Positions 59,324 through 64,000 of a stretch of DNA of 64,000 bases are shown here, in pieces (the stretch's first letter is position 1; every line of letters begins with the position of its first letter). The position numbers were made by a program, and so were the translations under genes. The notes under the pieces are model-generated. The model saw only the letters and a program-made list of their open reading frames with translations. It had not been told where the DNA came from and searched no databases. The DNA is from Eledone cirrhosa (taxonomy: Eukaryota). The stretch lies in contig OZ024741.1 in the NCBI GenBank assembly GCA_964016885.1, positions 138,880,001 through 138,944,000 on the forward strand, in the 5' to 3' direction.

Positions 59324-59410
<87 letters not shown>

Positions 59411-60473
59411 CTGTATGTTTGTATGTGCCTGTGTGTGGGGGATGATATAGTAGAAGAATTGGAGGAATAATTCGACTGTTAGTTTATTCGTTCCTATTGT
59501 TCTTTCATTGTACAATATTTCTGTAATGCAAAGTAATATTACTGGAGGCTATAGTGAGAAAATATTTCTTTTAATTACACTGACTTTACAATACATGCCC
59601 TGCAGATATCAAGAAACAGAAATTGGTTTTGCTATGAAATTCATACAGAATCAACCCACACCCAAACATTAAATGACAACAAAACATATATATGAACATC
59701 AAAGTTAAATGACAACAAAACATAGAAATCTTATGTGATATTTCTTCTTTTGTGTTATTTATATTTCCTTGGTTGATTGGTTTTTGTTGTTGTTTCTTTC
59801 TAAAAAAGTGTTAACGTTAGAAAATTCTAAATAAACACATCTACTGATGGTGTAATCGTAGTCTTAGAAATTACCATTCTCACAGTACTGAATTAGTACT
59901 GAAGAAAATTTGTCAGGAGCTCTATGATATTTCTGTCTCATTTTTTTTATTTTTTTTTGCCTTTGTTTTCAAGAAATATTCGAGGATTTCTTTTAGGAAA
60001 TATTGATTTTATTAATGAATGGAATTCATGTCTGAGTATGTTTCCTCATTAGCCATCATAATGACGTTTGACTAATGTTTAGTTCTTATTACAAAACCAA
60101 ACCGAACGATGGCATACACGAAATAACAATATATAAGGATAATTTCATTGTCGAATTTCATTTATCTTCCATTGGATAAATATATTGTTTGCAGCTTTAC
60201 TGCTTTATGTGTATGACCCCCCCCCCCCCCCTGTAAACTTTAGTTTGTACGCGTGTGTACTTGTGAGTGTGTACAGGCTCGTGTGAATATATGGATGTGC
60301 AGTTGACTGTTTAATTTTACGTGTTTTGTGGGAGGGGTGTGTATGTGCGTGTGTTATCTATATTTGCATACGTCTCTCACAGTCAATATCTCTGACCTCC
60401 TTATATATATACATATAAATGCTCACGAACGCACACTTGCACACAAAAAAAATCAGAAAACATATACGTGTAT

Positions 60474-60570
<97 letters not shown>

Positions 60571-62051
60571 ATATATATACCATATATTTCCCCTTAACCA
60601 CTTTCTGTTATATGCTCCAACTCCATCGGAAGCACTACTGACAAATGGATTTATATAGGAAACGGGAAAATGTATTATTACTTTCGGGAACAAAAGCACT
60701 ATTAAATATTTATTTGATCTGAATAAAATATACCTGCCACCGGATTATTGTTTCCCGCAATCTCAAGTGACAAGAGGAGTTTGTGTACTCGATATTTCAT
60801 ATTCTTGATTCTACTGCAGTTTCCTAATTTCCACTACATATTTTCATTGTTTCATGAAATCGGGGGTGAAGAATTTACACAGCGAAATGAGAGGTAAAAC
60901 AACGGCTTCCATACAACCACTATAACATTAAGTTACCGTGTGTTGATCTACACGTATGTAGATCTACACATACTTCTATGCGTATGTTGTTCTACAGCGG
61001 TATGTTCTACACGTATGCAGGCAAGTAAGGTCCTCGAAATAGCATAGTCGCAATGGGGTTTGATTGAATGTTTTACGGCGATGATTCCAGGACTCAACAA
61101 TTTGAGCTCAAATAATGCTGAGCTCAAATTTGTTTCGTCGTCTTTAGGCCGATAAATATATTTTATCCTAACGACGTCTACTATTCCTCTACATCCATTT
61201 CCCATGTTCTCCTTCTATGTTTCTTCCTTTCTCTCTCTTCTTCTTGAAGGAATCTTCTCTTTTCTGGCCTGCAGATGCATGTGGTCCACCAGATTAAAAT
61301 GCCTACGATGGCTCCTTTTTTTCGAGACGTTAGAGTATTGGGAAAACGGCCGAGTTGTATATGGCGTGCCACTCTTACTTTTAAGTTCATATATTGCCGT
61401 TCTTTTCTCCTTTCCTGGCAGAAAACTTCCCAAAGAAGTAACATGTTTCATTCTTCTTTTCTACATCTGATTACGAAGTGGTCATATCATAGACGTTGAT
61501 GTCTTGGAAAAAGAAAAATACATGCCAATGAAAGCAACATGCTCCCATCATAATTTAGTAAACTTCGACAAACAATTAATTCTGGAAATTACCCAATAAT
61601 TACACTACTGTTAATTGAAATACTTGGCAGAGAAGCCTTGCCTGAATCCTGCTGGCTTACGCAACGCCGCATAAAATTAATCTTCAAAAGTAATTGATTG
61701 AATGTTGTAAATGATGGAGATTAATCGTATTACTTCTTCTGGTTACGTAGGTAATGTTTATTCATTTAATGACGGAGGAAATATTTAACCATTAAGGTTG
61801 ACAAATATATCAATTTTATTCCAGTCTGACGAGTAATAATGATAACAATGTTGGAATTCCCTTTCACACATGTTATACCGTCCTAACAAATGTTAAGAGC
61901 ATGAAACTAAATCTCCTCATATTTGAAATACAGGTATTTGTGAACACTAACACACACCCACACACGCGCATGCACCCACCCACACACACACACACACACG
62001 CGCGCGCGCACGCACACATACATATGTATATACAGAGAGAGAGAGAGAGAG

Positions 62052-62112
<61 letters not shown>

Positions 62113-62286
62113 TAGAGAGAAAGAGAGAGAGAGGGGGGGGGGGGAGAGATTACAATGACATCAAAACTAATATCAATAACGACTTATTGTACAGATTTGA
62201 ATTATTAAAAAACACTAAACATCAGTTAAGTCATTCTTCTCTGTTTTCAAATTATATATATACATATCTATCTATCTATCTATCTA

Positions 62287-62341
<55 letters not shown>

Positions 62342-62384
62342 AAAGATATCTCTCTGTATATATATGTGTGTCTGTGTGCGTGTG

Positions 62385-62727
62385 CACCTGTCACACGACG
62401 TTCACGTGAGCGACGAGAAAAGCACGAATGTTCATTATATAAAATTAGCTAATATATTTACTCGAAATTTTATAACGCTGCCTTAGGTGTTAGCGCTACT
62501 CACAGAATGCAACATTCTACTGTAATATCTAGGCCCGGGGTGCATTTGTATGTTGTAATAACTTCGCTTTTCATGTGTGAACGAGACTTCTAGATGGGAT
62601 GCAATGACAGGCAACGGCAAATGGGCGTTTGCACAACATCGCAGCGCATGTACTGGACTAGAAATCGAATCCACTTTCTCATGAACGTGCGCCCAAGAAT
62701 CTAATCACTAGGCTACCCACCTACCTC
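62385..62727 (-). mobile_element. Old degenerate tRNA-derived SINE
   Basis: Reverse-complement head ggtagcctagtgattag..gattcgatttc. Confidence 0.4.
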
Positions 62728-62936
62728 CATGCTTTCTCACCATACAGTAATGAGAAAACAGCTTATACATTTTGCACAATTATCTCTTTGTTCGGGGCGA
62801 TGTTTCTGTATGTTTCTGAGTGTTTGTATATAAGTGTGTACGTGTGTTTATGATCTTGTGGAGAGTCATAGTGATAGCCATTTGAATTACAAGTAGACAT
62901 CATTTCTTAGAGCTGAGAGGACAAGAGCAACGTCAA

Positions 62937-63123
62937 ATAATTGTTTCTACTTCTAGCACAAGGCCAGCAACTACCCAGTACATTACTGGTACTTTATTTT
63001 ATCGACCGTAAGGATGAAAAGCAAAGTTAACCTCGGCGGGATTTGAACTCAGAATGGCAAGGGCCGTAACTCTATGCGTCAAAGCATAGCGTCCGACCCT
63101 CTACCGATACTGTCAATCCACCG
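62937..63123 (-). mobile_element. SINE family A, near full length
   Basis: Reverse complement of 54566-54748. Confidence 0.88.
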
Positions 63124-64000
63124 TCTGTCTTGTTTAAAGACACAATACACCAACGAGAACTAAACACTTGTGTTTATAATCGTGAGTCAAACAATCTAGC
63201 AACTAAGCAAAGCATGTTCATGTGGAGTGGCTAAGTAAGTTACATCACTCTACTTGTTGACTGGTGGATTATTGTATATGTGTCGGAAGGATGGAAGATA
63301 ATGTCGAAAACGATGGGAATTGAACCTGATTGTTAGAACTGATTCAAAGAACGTCTTAAGTTCACTACTCAATAATCAAATGTGACACGGTATTTTGTGA
63401 ACGGAAGAGATATAATCCAGCTGCAATAACAATTACAGTTAAGACTTTATTTGGAAATGATCGGAAATAAAGAGAAATATCGCTGTTATTGTTTACACAG
63501 AAGTCGAACGCTCGTTTGAAAAACAGATTAAAAACGGATTGAAATTTAAATAAACCCTGTTATCTCTTATATCTTCTCAATACAACATCATCAGCTGATG
63601 TAAACACATGATTCTAAATATTGCTAATCGATAAATGATATAGTAATCTACCCATTTCTTATTTGACATTAAAAAGAATAATAATACTCACGGCAAAATA
63701 ATAATAATCTACCATGATAACAATATGTGAGACTAGACAAATTTCTATAATCAAAGTGGGTAGGAACAAGGAAGTTTTAAGACGGATACAGTAAATTTGA
63801 TACCACCTAAAATCAGCGTAAACTCAACATGAAGCACACACATATTTACATATGTTATAAAATAAAACACGATAGGGATTGGAACGAACTACTAATGTTG
63901 ACTAAATGTAACACACATACCTGTCCGCCAATCATGCATTATATCTGAGTCACCAAAATCCCTCGCAATCATTTCTTCAATAATCGTTTCTGATTTTAGG

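Noticed and set aside
60948-61500. Overlapping short ORFs and 15-20-bp ctacacgtatg repeats; possible DNA transposon relic
   Set aside because: No recognisable motif or termini

Overview
AT-rich, microsatellite-saturated animal DNA with no recognisable host gene. The SINE set (tRNA head plus Nin-like domain; CORE-like SINEs) suggests an octopus or other cephalopod, which is inference. The window is almost entirely retroelement debris nested in (TA)n/(CA)n tracts. It holds at least five Penelope-like element (PLE) remnants: two long Hydra-clade-like RT+GIY-YIG copies (6.6-10.8 kb and 36.7-39.9 kb), a CCHH-type 3' half, a Neptune-like remnant and a short 3' end. It also holds RTE-type and CR1-like LINE fragments, about 8 copies of one young SINE, a Helitron 3' end and hAT-like ends. 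The main signal is a dense population of short non-coding elements sitting between (TA)n tracts. They are built as 1.1-1.9 head-to-tail units, sometimes with an inverted copy, and carry type I hammerhead ribozyme (HHR) motifs. About 10 motifs are well formed and about 8 are degenerate, from many unrelated families; several have very long stem II inserts and two families show compensatory stem I changes. This looks like a PLE-driven, TA-targeted retrozyme/circular-RNA system. All folds were done by eye and are untested. Most ORF-track entries are microsatellite artefacts.
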